20,345 nucleotides of DNA from Octopus sinensis (taxonomy: Eukaryota): positions 1 to 20,345 of the forward strand of contig NW_021824008.1 of NCBI RefSeq assembly GCF_006345805.1, in the 5' to 3' direction. Made by a program: the position numbers and the translations under genes. Within the stretch, counting starts at the first letter, position 1. Each line of letters starts with the position of its first letter. Positions 19,779 through 20,345 of this stretch are shown here, in pieces. Below the pieces are notes generated by a model. It was given only the letters and a program-made list of their open reading frames with translations. It did not search any database and was not told the DNA's origin.

Positions 19779-20129
19779 GCTATATATATATAAACGGCGA
19801 AGTGTCTGTCTGTGTGTGTGTATCCTTTATACAAATCCACAATTTTTCAGTTAGAGGCTCGCACTTTCTATGGTCATTCAAAACCGGCCAAGGGTGGTCG
19901 TGCACATTTTTACATTTCCCCAGTCATCCCGAAAGCCATTAAAAAAATCAATAGAAGTGACTTTTTTCTGAATTTTCTATCAAAATGCCCGAAACTTGAT
20001 ACGCCAATTGAATGCCAGCTAGCTGTATGTGATTGGTCGGAGATTTGGACAGTACTCGTGTGTATGTGCGTACGCACGCAGCTGTATATGCATGCACTAT
20101 GACCGGGCGTAGCCGGGCCATAGTGCTAG
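19779..20129 (+). mobile_element. Non-autonomous Helitron (about 350 bp)
   Basis: The 3' end has a GC-rich hairpin ccgggcgtagccgg (20103-20116), then CTAG (20126-29) followed by T. The 5' end reads a|gctatatatatataaacggc...tgtctgtctgtgtgtg (GC where TC is expected), preceded by A. There is no target-site duplication. Confidence 0.75.
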
Positions 20130-20143
20130 TAGATTATATGTAT

Positions 20144-20310
20144 GCGTCGAGGTATGGCTTAACAAAGTCGGACAGTTCGTATCGTTAATATGCCACCAGG
20201 TCCGATTGCATCGCAAAGCATCTCGGGTAAATATATCTCAGCATGGCGTCGGGTCAACCCAAGGCCTGTGGGGGAAGCTGTGCGGAAGAAAACTACGAAG
20301 CCTGTCAAAC
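20144..20310 (+). mobile_element. Very degenerate tRNA-derived SINE (tentative)
   Basis: ggtatggct head, B-box-like ggtccgattgc, and ctcgggtaaatatatct...cgggtcaacccaaggcctgtg resemble an old octopus SINE as I recall it. No second copy in the window confirms this. Confidence 0.35.
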
Positions 20311-20345
20311 GGTTGTACAGTTATCACCACACTGACCCTGTCCTA

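Overview
AT-rich eukaryotic non-coding DNA, probably intronic or intergenic, with very dense microsatellites. The SINE families and the repeat landscape suggest a coleoid cephalopod, probably Octopus (inference from memory, not a database result). I find no intact protein-coding gene. Most ORFs in the track are microsatellite translations. Between the repeats are decayed retroelements: a CR1-type LINE reverse transcriptase remnant, three RTE-like LINE 3' ends carrying C2H2 zinc fingers, and R4/Dong-type restriction-like endonuclease fragments in (ATAC)n. There are also about ten tRNA-derived SINE copies or fragments and a non-autonomous Helitron. The most notable unannotated signal is a set of minimal type-I hammerhead ribozyme (HHR) motifs in short ORF-less elements, mostly beside (TA)n/(CA)n tracts and resembling Penelope/retrozyme termini. 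Two have intact cores and unusually long stem II (14512-14595 +, 14808-14914 -). Two share a variant CUGUAGA core, two form a decayed inverted pair, and one is a half motif. A 212-bp fold-back with a B-box-like loop lies at 8507-8718. All alignments and folds were done by eye.
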